DNA of 64,000 bases, taken from Candidatus Sulfomarinibacteraceae bacterium. GTDB taxonomy: Bacteria > Acidobacteriota > Thermoanaerobaculia > Thermoanaerobaculales > Sulfomarinibacteraceae. The translations under genes were made by a program, and so were the position numbers. The notes under the pieces were generated by a model that saw only the letters and a program-made list of their open reading frames with translations, was not told the origin of the DNA and did not search any database. Location of the stretch: NCBI GenBank assembly GCA_963796455.1, contig CAWCLO010000002.1, positions 169,073 to 233,072 on the forward strand, read 5' to 3'. Positions 19,766-29,778 of this stretch are shown piece after piece. Positions within the stretch are counted from its first letter, which is position 1; each line of letters starts with the position of its first letter.

Positions 19766-20595
19766 CGGGCACCCCCATTCGCCGGTTCCGAGCCGACCGT
19801 GGAGAGGGCTTCGATGGCGCTGAAGAGACTCGACCAGTAGACCTCGCCGAGGTCGAGCAGCGCGCTCATGGCCGTCTCCGATCCAGCCGCCCCCCGCGAG
19901 GGCGACGGCGCGGCGCGCAGCATCTTGTGGCGAATGACGCCGATGAATGCGCCGTGATCGTCAACCACCGGGAGCGCGTCGAGATCGGCCCAGGCGCCGT
20001 GTTGGTGGACGACGGCCATCGAATCCGCGGCGGTGATGCTCTGAATCCGGGTTTTCATGAGCGATCGAAGGAGTTCAGCGTCCGGTTGGGCTGCGAGTTC
20101 CCGGCGATGAACGACCCCAACCAATCGGAGCTCTCGATCGACGACGTAGACATACGGAAACCTCGGATCGTCGACCCGTGATCTCGCCTCGGCGACGGTC
20201 ATGTCGGCGTCGAACGGGATGACTGAGGTATCCGCCACCGACCCCGCCGTGCCTGCGGGGAGGGCGATGGCACTACGGACCCTCCGTTCGAGAGGTCGCG
20301 GAAGCGCCTGCAGAACCCTCTCTCGGACTTCGGCCGAAAGCCGGGATAGCAGCATCACAGTCTTCGTCAGCTCGAGCTGTTCGACGATCTGGGCGGCGCG
20401 TTTGGGTTCGAGCCTGCCGAGGACTTCCGATGCGAAGTCGGGCCAAAGTTCCTTGAGAACTGGCGCTGCGATTTCGGGTTCGAGTCCGCCGACAAGGGCT
20501 GCGACGTCTTCCGGTGGGAGACCTTTTACGCGCAGGGCCGCGGCGCGCGGATGGGCGGCAACGTAACGGTGAGCGAGCGAAAGTGTGGCGGTCAT
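19762..20595 (-). CDS. MgtE N-terminal/CBS-domain-only protein
   Basis: Helical MgtE_N-like repeats, YVYVVD...LVGVV, LPVVD; no TM domain. Confidence 0.8.
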   Translation of the reverse strand: MTATLSLAHRYVAAHPRAAALRVKGLPPEDVAALVGGLEPEIAAPVLKELWPDFASEVLGRLEPKRAAQIVEQLELTKTVMLLSRLSAEVRERVLQALPRPLERRVRSAIALPAGTAGSVADTSVIPFDADMTVAEARSRVDDPRFPYVYVVDRELRLVGVVHRRELAAQPDAELLRSLMKTRIQSITAADSMAVVHQHGAWADLDALPVVDDHGAFIGVIRHKMLRAAPSPSRGAAGSETAMSALLDLGEVYWSSLFSAIEALSTVGSEPANGGAR

Positions 20596-20596
20596 T

Positions 20597-21406
20597 TCAC
20601 GACGCCTTGAGCAGTACGGCGAGGCTGTCGTGGAACCGGGCGGCCGGGACCATCACCCGCCCTTCTTTCGATTCGACAATCACCGCGGTCGATGTCATCT
20701 GGACGATCGAGCCCCTGATCCCCTCGATTTCGATCTCTTGACCGACGCGACACACCTGCGCGACGTACCTCGCCGCAACGATGTTGGCTACCGCAGACCG
20801 CGCTCCGAGCGCAAAGGCGAGACCGCCGGCGGCGAGAATCGAACCCAGAGTTACGGCGAGCACCAGTTCGAGGATCCGGCCCTGGATCCCGAGCTGCTCG
20901 AGCGCCATGACGCCCGCAATGGCGAGGATCAAGGCGTGGGCGGTGCCCGCGAGAACCTCGGCCTGGGCCTCCAGCCGCATGACGGTCGCCCCCCTGGCGA
21001 CCAGACCGCGAGCGATACGCGCCACCGCGAAGCCGCCGACCACCAGCGCCACCGCCGCGATGATGTTCGGCAGATAGACGGCCAGCCTGCTGAAGAGGTC
21101 GGTGAGAATCGGCAGACCCAGAATCTCGACGGCTGCCACCACGACGAGAATCAGGACGACCCAGAAGACAAAGGAACCGATCACCGCCGGCAGGACCGAG
21201 AGCGCACCGCGGGCGCCGGATGCGTCGTCCTGCTCGGGTCCGAGCGGGAGACGATTCAGAAGCCGACCGCTCAACCTCTTCCCGACCACTGCGAGGAGCT
21301 TTGCGACCACCCAGCCGATTGCGACCAGTACCAGCGCTCCGACGATTGCCGGAATATGTTCGGGAACCGCGTGCAGAATCGCGTCGAGCCATTCCTTTAC
21401 TCTCAT
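20597..21406 (-). CDS. Small-conductance mechanosensitive channel family protein
   Basis: YLPNIIAA, LAFALGARSAVANIVA, VGQEIEIEGIRGSI. Confidence 0.82.
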   Translation of the reverse strand: MRVKEWLDAILHAVPEHIPAIVGALVLVAIGWVVAKLLAVVGKRLSGRLLNRLPLGPEQDDASGARGALSVLPAVIGSFVFWVVLILVVVAAVEILGLPILTDLFSRLAVYLPNIIAAVALVVGGFAVARIARGLVARGATVMRLEAQAEVLAGTAHALILAIAGVMALEQLGIQGRILELVLAVTLGSILAAGGLAFALGARSAVANIVAARYVAQVCRVGQEIEIEGIRGSIVQMTSTAVIVESKEGRVMVPAARFHDSLAVLLKAS

Positions 21407-21695
21407 TGTGACCTCCTGTTTGATTAGAATCCCATAGCGGAGGACTCCGATGACAGTGGAAACAGAGTCTGAGGCGATGAAATTCGCCGTGCGTCTCGGG
21501 GCGAACGTTTTTTTGTCCTCTTGAACGGCTTCCCGTCGAGGGCGACCCACTTTCGCCGGCCGGTTGAACGGTGACGGTCTCGGAGGTCGCGCAGCGGCGT
21601 ATCAAGAAACTCTGTCTCGAGCGCGACATCGAGGAATCGAAAGAGGAAAGATGATCGCCTGACAGTTGTGGTAGGTTTCAGGAGGGCTGTTTCCT

Positions 21696-22724
21696 GTGCA
21701 AACACTGCGGCTCGAGGCTTCGCAACTCGGTGCCCTCACCGGTGCACTGATGACCTGGGGACCGGTATGGGCGCCGGTGGAGACCGAGCCGGGAGTCTTT
21801 ACGTTGCAGGTGGTGGACGATGAGGCGACGGCCCGTCCCGACGCCCTGCGTACCGTGATTCCGTTCAAAAAGCTCCTCCTTCCGGCGAGCTTCGCGATGG
21901 TCAGGGGAGGTTTCGGCGACCCGGGCCGTGCCGATGACCTTGCGGGTGAAGCTGGTCGAGGACCGCAGGTGCTCTTCGGAGCGCACGCCTGCGATATCCA
22001 TGCCCTGAAGATCCTCGATCTCCTCTATCTCTCCGACTATGCCGATCCGTACTACGCCGCGAACCGCAACCACCTTTTGGTGGTCGGATTCGGGTGCTGG
22101 CCGGATGACAAGTGCTTTTGCGACTCGCTCGGAACTTCGACCTCGGACGACGGTTTTGATCTTGCTCTGACCCCGCTCGACGGGCGATTCCTGGTGACCG
22201 TGGCGACTTCGAAGGGCGATGACGTGGTGCGGTCCTGCCGGCACCTCTTCGAGCCCGCCACCTCCGACGACATCGGTGACTACCTGATCCGGTTGCGCGA
22301 ACGGAGAGCAGCCTTCAAATTGCGGCTCGACGTGACCGACCTGCCCTACGTGCTGGAGATGAAGAAGGAGGACCCGGTCTGGGACGAACTGGCCCGCAAG
22401 TGCCTGTGTTGCGGCTCGTGCTCGATGGTCTGTCCGACCTGTTCGTGTTTCAATGTCGCCGACCGGATCGACGAGGATGGCACGGCATCTCGCATCCGGT
22501 CGTGGGACTCCTGCCTCTATCGTGACTATGCGGTGGTGGCCGGAGGCCACAACTTCCGCGCCGATCGTGGGGACAGGGTGCGCACACGTTATTACCACAA
22601 GCAGGAGGCCTTCGTACGAGAGTTCGGTATGCCGTCGTGCGTCGGCTGCGGCCGCTGCATCGAGAACTGTCCCACAGGCATCCACGTCGTCGAAGTCTTC
22701 CAGTACGTGCGGGGTGAGCTGTGA
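21696..22724 (+). CDS. Group 3b (sulf)hydrogenase beta subunit, 4Fe-4S dicluster
   Basis: CLCCGSCSMVCPTCSCF and CVGCGRCIENCP. Confidence 0.88.
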   Translation: MQTLRLEASQLGALTGALMTWGPVWAPVETEPGVFTLQVVDDEATARPDALRTVIPFKKLLLPASFAMVRGGFGDPGRADDLAGEAGRGPQVLFGAHACDIHALKILDLLYLSDYADPYYAANRNHLLVVGFGCWPDDKCFCDSLGTSTSDDGFDLALTPLDGRFLVTVATSKGDDVVRSCRHLFEPATSDDIGDYLIRLRERRAAFKLRLDVTDLPYVLEMKKEDPVWDELARKCLCCGSCSMVCPTCSCFNVADRIDEDGTASRIRSWDSCLYRDYAVVAGGHNFRADRGDRVRTRYYHKQEAFVREFGMPSCVGCGRCIENCPTGIHVVEVFQYVRGEL

Positions 22725-23611
22725 CCGTGATTCGAAGCCCGGCGGGCGACGGCGGGCGCGAGCTGGCCACCGGCTCGAACCCCTACCTGCCGGCTCCGGC
22801 GCGCATCCTGCAGGTCACCGAGTTGGTACGGGACACCCACCTCTTCGAGCTGCGATTCGAAGACCCCCCGCTCGCCGCCGCCTTCACCTATCGCCCCGGC
22901 CAGTTCGTCGAGCTGTCGGTCCTCGGGGTGGGCGAAGCGCCGTTCTCGCTGCCGTCGTCACCGACCCGCCGGGGAAGCTTCGAACTCGGCATCCGCAGGG
23001 CGGGCGTGCTCACCAGCTATCTCTTCGACCACCTCGGCGAGGGCGACACGGTCGGCATCCGTGGGCCTCTCGGCAACGGGTTCCCGGTCGACCGATTCGG
23101 CGGTCACGACCTGCTTCTGGTCGCGGGTGGACTGGGGATGGTCCCGCTCCGGGGGCTCCTCCAGTATCTTGTTGACTCGCGCGAGAATTTCGGTCGGGTG
23201 GTTCTGGTCTACGGGAGCCGCAGCCCGGATCGGGTGCTCTTCCGCGACGAACTCGAGCTGTTGGCGCGGCGCGGCGACGCCGAAATCCTGTTGACGGTCG
23301 ACGAAACCGGCGGTTCGGCCTGGGACGGCCGCCGCGGATTCGTGACCGAACTGCTCGACGAGGTGAAGCTGGATTCCGCGCGCTCTTTTGCTGTGGCATG
23401 TGGGCCGCCCGTGTTCTACAAATTCGTCCTCGAAAAACTGGTAGCGGCGGGCTTCGGTAAGGACCGGATCCTTTTGAGCCTGGAGCGACGGATGGAGTGC
23501 GGTGTCGGCAAGTGCGGCCACTGCGCCGTCGGCTACACCTTCACCTGCCTGCACGGACCGGTGTTCAGCTACTGGGACGCCGTCAATCTGCCGGAACTCA
23601 TCTACGAATGA
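22721..23611 (+). CDS. Group 3b hydrogenase gamma subunit, FAD/NAD(P)-binding
   Basis: PGQF, RGPLGNGF, AGGLG, CGPP, ERRMECGVGKCGHC...C.HGPVF. Confidence 0.9.
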   Translation: MTVIRSPAGDGGRELATGSNPYLPAPARILQVTELVRDTHLFELRFEDPPLAAAFTYRPGQFVELSVLGVGEAPFSLPSSPTRRGSFELGIRRAGVLTSYLFDHLGEGDTVGIRGPLGNGFPVDRFGGHDLLLVAGGLGMVPLRGLLQYLVDSRENFGRVVLVYGSRSPDRVLFRDELELLARRGDAEILLTVDETGGSAWDGRRGFVTELLDEVKLDSARSFAVACGPPVFYKFVLEKLVAAGFGKDRILLSLERRMECGVGKCGHCAVGYTFTCLHGPVFSYWDAVNLPELIYE

Positions 23612-24405
23612 ACGACGTGACTTCGAAGCCGAGAGTCGGGATCTTCGGTCTCACCGGTTGCGCCGGGGACCAGCTGCAGATCCTCAACTGTGAGGATCGG
23701 CTTCTCGAGTTGGCGCGAGACCTCGACATTGTCGACTGGGTGATGGCAAAGACCGACAACGACCACGACTGCGCGCTGGACATCGCGTTCGTCGAGGGTG
23801 TGGTGGCGACCGACCGCGATCTGGAGAGTCTCAAAGCGGTCCGCGAGCGCGCCGCCGTGCTGGTTGCGATCGGGACCTGCGCCGTGTGGGGCGGTCTGCC
23901 GGCGATGCGGAACGGCCTCTCCGAAGATGTCCTCGGACGCGAGACGGACGGCGTCGGCAACCCGTCCATCGAGATCGCGGAAGCTCGGCCCGCCGCCGAT
24001 TTCGTGCCCTTCGATTTCCGGCTGCCCGGATGCCCCATCGAACGCGGCGAGTTTCTGGCCCTGGTGCGCGCCGTGCTTGCCGGGACCACGCCCGAGCTTC
24101 CCGCGATTCCGGTGTGCTGGGAGTGCAAGACGTCCGAGCTGCCGTGCCGGGTGATTTTTCACGACGAGGTGTGCTGCGGCGCGATGACGCGCGGCGGCTG
24201 CGGGGCGAGGTGTCCGACTCACGGCATCGCCTGTGCGGGGTGCCGCGGGCCGGTCGAAGAGCCTCACTATGACGCCAACGTCGCCATGTTCTCGGACCGC
24301 GGCCTGTCGTGGCAGGACATCGCCGCGAGGATGCGGGTTTTCTCGGCCCCGGTGTGGATGACGATGGGGCTCGAGCGCGAGGCAAGAAGGGGCGACGATG
24401 AGTAG
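23608..24405 (+). CDS. Group 3b hydrogenase small (delta) subunit
   Basis: GLTGCAGDQLQ, FVEG, IGTCAVWGG, PGCP, VCWEC, CCGAMTRGGCGARCP...CAGCRG. Confidence 0.88.
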   Translation: MNDVTSKPRVGIFGLTGCAGDQLQILNCEDRLLELARDLDIVDWVMAKTDNDHDCALDIAFVEGVVATDRDLESLKAVRERAAVLVAIGTCAVWGGLPAMRNGLSEDVLGRETDGVGNPSIEIAEARPAADFVPFDFRLPGCPIERGEFLALVRAVLAGTTPELPAIPVCWECKTSELPCRVIFHDEVCCGAMTRGGCGARCPTHGIACAGCRGPVEEPHYDANVAMFSDRGLSWQDIAARMRVFSAPVWMTMGLEREARRGDDE

Positions 24406-25699
24406 GACGGTGACGATTCCCCACCTCGGGAGGGTTGAAGGGCACGGCGGAATCCACGTAAGCCTCGCGGGCGACAGCGTGAACGAGGTCAACATGGATA
24501 TCCACGAAGGCAGCCGCTACTACGAGAAGCTGCTCGTGGGCAAAGATTTTCGTGACGTACAGGGCATCATCACCCGGGTCTGCGCCATCTGCTCGGCCGA
24601 TCACACGGTGGTCGCGCTGTCGGCGCTCGAGAAGGCGCTCGGCATTGGCGAAAGCGAACGCACGTCGGTGTTACGCGGATTGCTGTTACACGGGGCCGCC
24701 ATCGAGAGCCACGCCCTTCACGTCTTCGCCCTCGCGCTGCCGGATTTCCTCGGCTTCGACTCGGTCATGGCGATGGCGCAGCAATTTCCCGGCGAGGTGA
24801 CCTTTGCCCTGCGTCTGAAGCAGCTCGGAAATCAGATCCAATCGGTGGTCGGCGGCCGCGCGGTGCACCCGATCAACGCCCTGGTCGGGGGTTTCGGCAA
24901 GCTTCCGCCCCACCGCGCGATCGAGTCGCTGCGCCGCGATCTCGAAGAGGTCGTCGACCCTCTGATGGATGCGGTCGGTCTGCTGGCGTCGATCGATGTT
25001 CCCGAATGGGCTGCCCGGGAAACCGTGTATGTCGCGCTGCGCCCTCCGGGTGACGATTTCGGTTACCGCGGCGACTCGATTCGCACCTCCGGCGGTGTGG
25101 AGTTCCCGGTTGAGGAATACGGCGAGGCGCTGCGCGAGTTTTCGGTCGAGCACTCCCGCGCCCGACACGCGGCATTGGAGTCCGGCGAGACCTACATGGT
25201 CGGGTCCCTCGCCCGGCTCGCGCTGTGGGGTGACCGCCTCCGTGGTCGCGCCGCCCGGGCCTTCGGCGAGCTCATTCCCGGCGGAGCGGTGAACAACGTG
25301 CTGCTCAACACACGCGCCCAGCTGGTGGAAACCGTCCACAGCGTGGAGTCGGCGATCGAGACCTGCGGACTGCTGCTCGGTTTCGATGAAGTCGAAACCG
25401 AGCAACAGGAGGTCGAGGGCCGGGCGGGGAGGGGAGTGGCGGCCATCGAGGCGCCGCGGGGCACCCTGATCCACGAGTACGAGCTCGGCGCCGACGGTCG
25501 GGTGACGGCGGCCAACGTGGTCACGCCGACGGCCCAGAACCTGGCCAACCTGGAACGCGATCTCCGCAGCTCGGGCAACCGGTTGCTCAACGATACCGGC
25601 ACTCCCGAAGTCGAGCTGAAGCGGAGTTTCGAGATGATCGCGCGCGCCTACGACCCGTGCATTTCGTGTTCGGTTCACGTGGCGCGGATTCAGGAATGA
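24398..25699 (+). CDS. [NiFe]-hydrogenase large (alpha) subunit, group 3b
   Basis: RVEGHG, L1 RVCAIC, EAPRG, L2 DPCISCSVH plus short cleavable tail. Confidence 0.93.
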   Translation: MSRTVTIPHLGRVEGHGGIHVSLAGDSVNEVNMDIHEGSRYYEKLLVGKDFRDVQGIITRVCAICSADHTVVALSALEKALGIGESERTSVLRGLLLHGAAIESHALHVFALALPDFLGFDSVMAMAQQFPGEVTFALRLKQLGNQIQSVVGGRAVHPINALVGGFGKLPPHRAIESLRRDLEEVVDPLMDAVGLLASIDVPEWAARETVYVALRPPGDDFGYRGDSIRTSGGVEFPVEEYGEALREFSVEHSRARHAALESGETYMVGSLARLALWGDRLRGRAARAFGELIPGGAVNNVLLNTRAQLVETVHSVESAIETCGLLLGFDEVETEQQEVEGRAGRGVAAIEAPRGTLIHEYELGADGRVTAANVVTPTAQNLANLERDLRSSGNRLLNDTGTPEVELKRSFEMIARAYDPCISCSVHVARIQE

Positions 25700-25703
25700 C
25701 GCC

Positions 25704-26201
25704 ATGAGCGGCCGTCGAAACCATCCGGGGGCGGTGGCGCCCGAACCCGCCCGGCTGTTAATCGTTGGCCTCGGCAATCCCCTGATGGGTGACGATGGAA
25801 TCGGGCACGCGGTTGTCTCGGGCCTGCAGAGCAAGGGGCCGATTCCCGGCGTCCGCGTCGAATTGCTGGCCGGCGATATCCTCGGGCTGGCAGACCTTTG
25901 GGCTGGAGAGCCGGATGTGTGGCTGGTTGATGCCGTTGATGGCGGCCGGAGGGAAGGGCGGATTCGCGTCTTGAGCCACCGGGAGCTCCTCGACCTGCCC
26001 ACGGACGGGCTCTCCGTGCACCAGCTGAGCCTCGGTTCGGGCCTCAACTGGCTGCTGCACGGGAGGCCTGAAATGGCGGCGATTCGATTCCGCCTTTATG
26101 GCATCGAGATCGGTGTGGTTCGTCCCGGGGGGGGGTTGAGCCGCTCCGCCGAAGAGGCCGCCTCGGCACTCGTCGAGACGCTGCAGACGGGCATCAGATG
26201 A
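25704..26201 (+). CDS. Hydrogenase maturation protease
   Basis: GLGNPLMGDDGIG, VDAV, SVH. Confidence 0.9.
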   Translation: MSGRRNHPGAVAPEPARLLIVGLGNPLMGDDGIGHAVVSGLQSKGPIPGVRVELLAGDILGLADLWAGEPDVWLVDAVDGGRREGRIRVLSHRELLDLPTDGLSVHQLSLGSGLNWLLHGRPEMAAIRFRLYGIEIGVVRPGGGLSRSAEEAASALVETLQTGIR

Positions 26202-27946
26202 CCGAGGTAGCCGCTCAACCCATCGAGATCGGCGCTCTGGTCACCGGGCTGGGCGGTGGGCTGGCGCTCTTCCTCTACGGAATGCAGCGCATGACCGAGG
26301 CACTGACCACCGTCGCCGGCGGCGGCATGAGGAACCTCTTGGGCCGTCTGACCAGAAACCGGTTCACGGCTGCCCTCGCCGGGGCCATCACCACAGCGGT
26401 GGTCCAGTCCTCGTCGGCCACCACCGTTCTCGTGGTGGCTTTCGTCTCAACAAATCTGTTGACCCTGAGCCAGGCCATCGGTGTGATCATCGGTGCCAAT
26501 GTTGGCACCACGGTGACGGCCCAGATCATCGCCTTCGAGGTCCACAAATACGGCCTGCTGATGATTGCGGTGGGTTTTCTCATGGATCTGGTGGGGAAGG
26601 CCGAAAGGGTCAAGCAGTGGGGCGTGGCCCTGATGGGGCTGGGATTGATCTTCTTTGGCATGGAGCTCATGAGCGCCGCAACGGGCCCGTTGCGATCCTG
26701 GCCTCCCTTCATTGCCTGGATGCAGGAACTGCAACATCCGCTGGTGGGTATTGCCGTCGGCATGCTCTTCACGGCAGTGGTCCAGAGTTCATCGGCCACG
26801 ACCGGCATCGTCATCGTACTCGCCAGCCAGGGTCTTTTGTCACTGGAATCGGGCATCGGCGTGATCTTTGGAGCCAACATCGGGACCTGCGTGACCGCCA
26901 TTATTTCGGCCATAGGCCGGCCCCGCGAAGCAGTCCAGGCGGCTGTCGTGCACGTGATCTTCAACGTCGGCGGCGTGGTGTTGTGGATGTTCTTCATCCC
27001 CCAGATCGCTGAAATCGTAAGGAGTTTCTCGCCGGTGGCCGAGGACCTGGCCGGAGTGGCAAAACTGGCAGCGGAGACCCCGCGCCAGATCGCGAACGCA
27101 CATACGCTTTTCAACGTCGGGAACGCGCTGCTCTTTATCTGGTTCACTCAGCCACTGGCTCGCCTGGTGGACAGGCTCGTTCCGGAGCGACCCCAACCGA
27201 AAGGTGCCCTGCCCCTTTACCTGGAACCTCTCTTTCTCGAGCAACCGGCAGTAGCGCTGGATCAGGTCCGGCGAGAGCTGGTGCGCCTGGCTGCATATGA
27301 CCGGGCCATGTTGGAGGATTGCCTTGCCGTGGTCACGACGGGATCCCGAAGCGAGGTGGCGGCTTTGGCCAGGGCCGACGATGACGTGGATGCGCTCCAC
27401 GGCGCCATCGTCACCTACCTGGGCAAGTTGTCGCAGCAGGATCTTGTCGGATCTCAACCGAAACAGCTTCACCGCTTCATTGTTATAGCTAACTACCTGG
27501 AGGCCTTCGCCGACGTCATCGAGGCCAACATCGTGGATCTCGCCGAGAAGAGATTGGACCTGGCGTTGACTGTCAGCTCCTCGACAATTCGGGTGCTCGA
27601 GCCCCTCCACAGGCAGATTTGCCACAACTTCGACCTCATGCTCGGAGCCTTGAAGACAGGAGATCAGGAGGCAGCGGGGATGGTGGCTCACAAGAAGAAG
27701 GTGGTGAAGAAACTGGCGGAAGACGCCACCGAGCACCTCGCGCGACGTCTCATCGCCGACGAGCCCAACCGTCTCGCGGCATTTCAGGTGGAAACGGACA
27801 TCATCGAGAGCCTCCAGAGGCTCAATGCGTTGACCCGACTTGTTGCTCGCCAGTTGGAGGAGATTCCCGGATCTTCAGATGTGGCTCGGAAGCAAATCGA
27901 GCCAACGGAAAAGAAGCAGACCCCCTCACCCGATGCGACTCCCTGA
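26198..27946 (+). CDS. Na+/Pi cotransporter with PhoU-like C-terminus
   Basis: Two QSSSATT and GAN(V/I)GT repeats. Confidence 0.92.
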   Translation: MTEVAAQPIEIGALVTGLGGGLALFLYGMQRMTEALTTVAGGGMRNLLGRLTRNRFTAALAGAITTAVVQSSSATTVLVVAFVSTNLLTLSQAIGVIIGANVGTTVTAQIIAFEVHKYGLLMIAVGFLMDLVGKAERVKQWGVALMGLGLIFFGMELMSAATGPLRSWPPFIAWMQELQHPLVGIAVGMLFTAVVQSSSATTGIVIVLASQGLLSLESGIGVIFGANIGTCVTAIISAIGRPREAVQAAVVHVIFNVGGVVLWMFFIPQIAEIVRSFSPVAEDLAGVAKLAAETPRQIANAHTLFNVGNALLFIWFTQPLARLVDRLVPERPQPKGALPLYLEPLFLEQPAVALDQVRRELVRLAAYDRAMLEDCLAVVTTGSRSEVAALARADDDVDALHGAIVTYLGKLSQQDLVGSQPKQLHRFIVIANYLEAFADVIEANIVDLAEKRLDLALTVSSSTIRVLEPLHRQICHNFDLMLGALKTGDQEAAGMVAHKKKVVKKLAEDATEHLARRLIADEPNRLAAFQVETDIIESLQRLNALTRLVARQLEEIPGSSDVARKQIEPTEKKQTPSPDATP

Positions 27947-28143
27947 CTGCCGGTGCTTCTCCCGGTGCCGCGGAGGTGGATCAGGTCGGTCGCATCCACC
28001 TGGATTCCGCACGACCGCTCTCACAATGCAACAATGGTGACCGTTCAACCCGTCGAACCCGTCCGCACCCATCTCCGCAAGTAACGCAGAGAGGTGAACC
28101 GTTCGGTGAGTTTGATGCTCGTCAGGAGACTCCAGGAGGAACA

Positions 28144-29403
28144 ATGGCAACTACTCTTATTCTGGTCGTGAGCGTAACGTTGATCGTCTCGGGTTTGTGC
28201 TCGCTGCTCGAAGCGACCCTCTATTCCACCCGGGTCGCCGTTCTCGAGGCCGCGAGAGCCGACGGACAGCACGTCGCCACCGCCGGGCACATGCTGGATT
28301 TGAAACGAAACGTCTCGAAGCCGACCTCGGCCATTCTGATCTTGAATACAATCGCGAACACGGCGGGGGCTACGGTAGCTGGCATGCTTGCTGCGCAGGT
28401 CTGGGGCGGGAGCGCGGTCCCCTTGTTTTCGGCCGGCCTGACCGCCGCAATCCTCTTCCTATCCGAGATCCTCCCAAAAACCTTTGGGGCCCTGCATTGG
28501 CGGGGCATCTGGCCGTTCGTCGCTCTGCCGCTGAAAGGGCTGGTAACCGCCCTGCGACCTTTGATTTGGGTGACGGAACATTTCTCTTCGTTGTTCGTGG
28601 CGCGAGGTCGCAAGACGCCGGTCACGACGGAGGCGGAAATCGTGGCAATGATCCAGATGGGGGCCGGAGCAGGGCAGTTGACCCATACCGAGACCGAGCT
28701 ACTGACGGCGGTCTTTCATTTTGACGAGTTGTTTTGCAGTGACGTGATGATTCCGTGGACGAACGTTGTCCGGCTCGACGCGTCGTGGTCCCGTGAACGT
28801 TGCATCGAGGTCATTCGCGAGGCCGGCCACAGCCGCTATCCGGTCTCTGACGGCGAGGGCAACGTGCTCGGCGTCCTGCGCGTCGCCGACCTCTTGATGG
28901 CCGGACCCGACGTCAGCCCCGGCGAGGTGCTGCGGTCGGTGATGAAGGTGCCGGAGTCACTGTCCGTGCCGACGCTGCTGCGCAATATGCAAGCCGAAAG
29001 GCTCCCGATCGCCATCGTCGTGGACGAGTACGGCAATACCACCGGATTCGTGACGGTGGTGGATCTCATCGAGGAGATCGTCGGTGTGCTGGGCGACGAA
29101 AAGACCTCGGGCGAGCCGGAGCTCAAGCGGGAGGAAGGCGGCGTTTATCTGATTTCCGGGGTCCTGCCGACCTCGCGGGTCGAACGCGACATCGGTATCG
29201 AGCTGCCGGAGCGGCCGAACGCTCGTACGATGTCAGGATGGCTTGCAGCTCACCTGGGGCGTCTCCCCCGGGTTGGCGACGAGGTGGTCGTGCCCGGAGG
29301 AACCATCAAGGTAGAAAATGTTGTCAGCCACCGAGCGGATCGTATCCGCGTGGTCGTCGACGACCCGGACACTCCGGATGAGCCTACCGACGGTCCGGTT
29401 TAA
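28144..29403 (+). CDS. CNNM/CorC (HlyC-family) CBS-domain transporter
   Basis: DUF21 (ILILNTIAN, SEILPK), HSRYPV, VVDEYG, CorC_HlyC tail. Confidence 0.9.
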   Translation: MATTLILVVSVTLIVSGLCSLLEATLYSTRVAVLEAARADGQHVATAGHMLDLKRNVSKPTSAILILNTIANTAGATVAGMLAAQVWGGSAVPLFSAGLTAAILFLSEILPKTFGALHWRGIWPFVALPLKGLVTALRPLIWVTEHFSSLFVARGRKTPVTTEAEIVAMIQMGAGAGQLTHTETELLTAVFHFDELFCSDVMIPWTNVVRLDASWSRERCIEVIREAGHSRYPVSDGEGNVLGVLRVADLLMAGPDVSPGEVLRSVMKVPESLSVPTLLRNMQAERLPIAIVVDEYGNTTGFVTVVDLIEEIVGVLGDEKTSGEPELKREEGGVYLISGVLPTSRVERDIGIELPERPNARTMSGWLAAHLGRLPRVGDEVVVPGGTIKVENVVSHRADRIRVVVDDPDTPDEPTDGPV

Positions 29404-29519
29404 TCGGTGAATCGAGGAGGGAAAGACGGGCATCAATCGAACGGATTTCCGTGAGTTTCTCCCAGCAATTCGTGCTTCATTCGGGCGGTATCCAGAAAGT
29501 CTCTTGAGTCTGAAGACCG

Positions 29520-29698
29520 CAGGCTGTCGGATATATAATTGCGCCGTCGGTTCGGGGACCGACCCGGCCGCATTGCTCGGCTGCGGCGGCTACCTCTATC
29601 TCGGAAACCGCGTCGTGCTCTGGGCCGGGTACGACTTCGGTCTGACCTCAGCGTCCCCGGACGGAACGGCAAAGCTCGGAGTCTCGTTCGCGTTCTGA
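29520..29698 (+). pseudogene. 3' remnant of an outer-membrane beta-barrel gene
   Basis: ...GGYLYLGNRVVLWAGYDFGLTSASPDGTAKLGVSFAF*: amphipathic beta strands with terminal Phe, no 5' part. Confidence 0.45.
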
Positions 29699-29778
29699 CG
29701 ACCCCTCGGCAACAACCACCACCGTTCCCGAGGTCGCGTGGATCTCGTGAAAAGTAGACTTCACCATATTGCGAGAGC

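Noticed and set aside
21696..23611. Anaerobic sulfite reductase asrAB
   Set aside because: Followed by NiFe small and large subunits and a protease, not asrC, so these are hydrogenase beta and gamma subunits.
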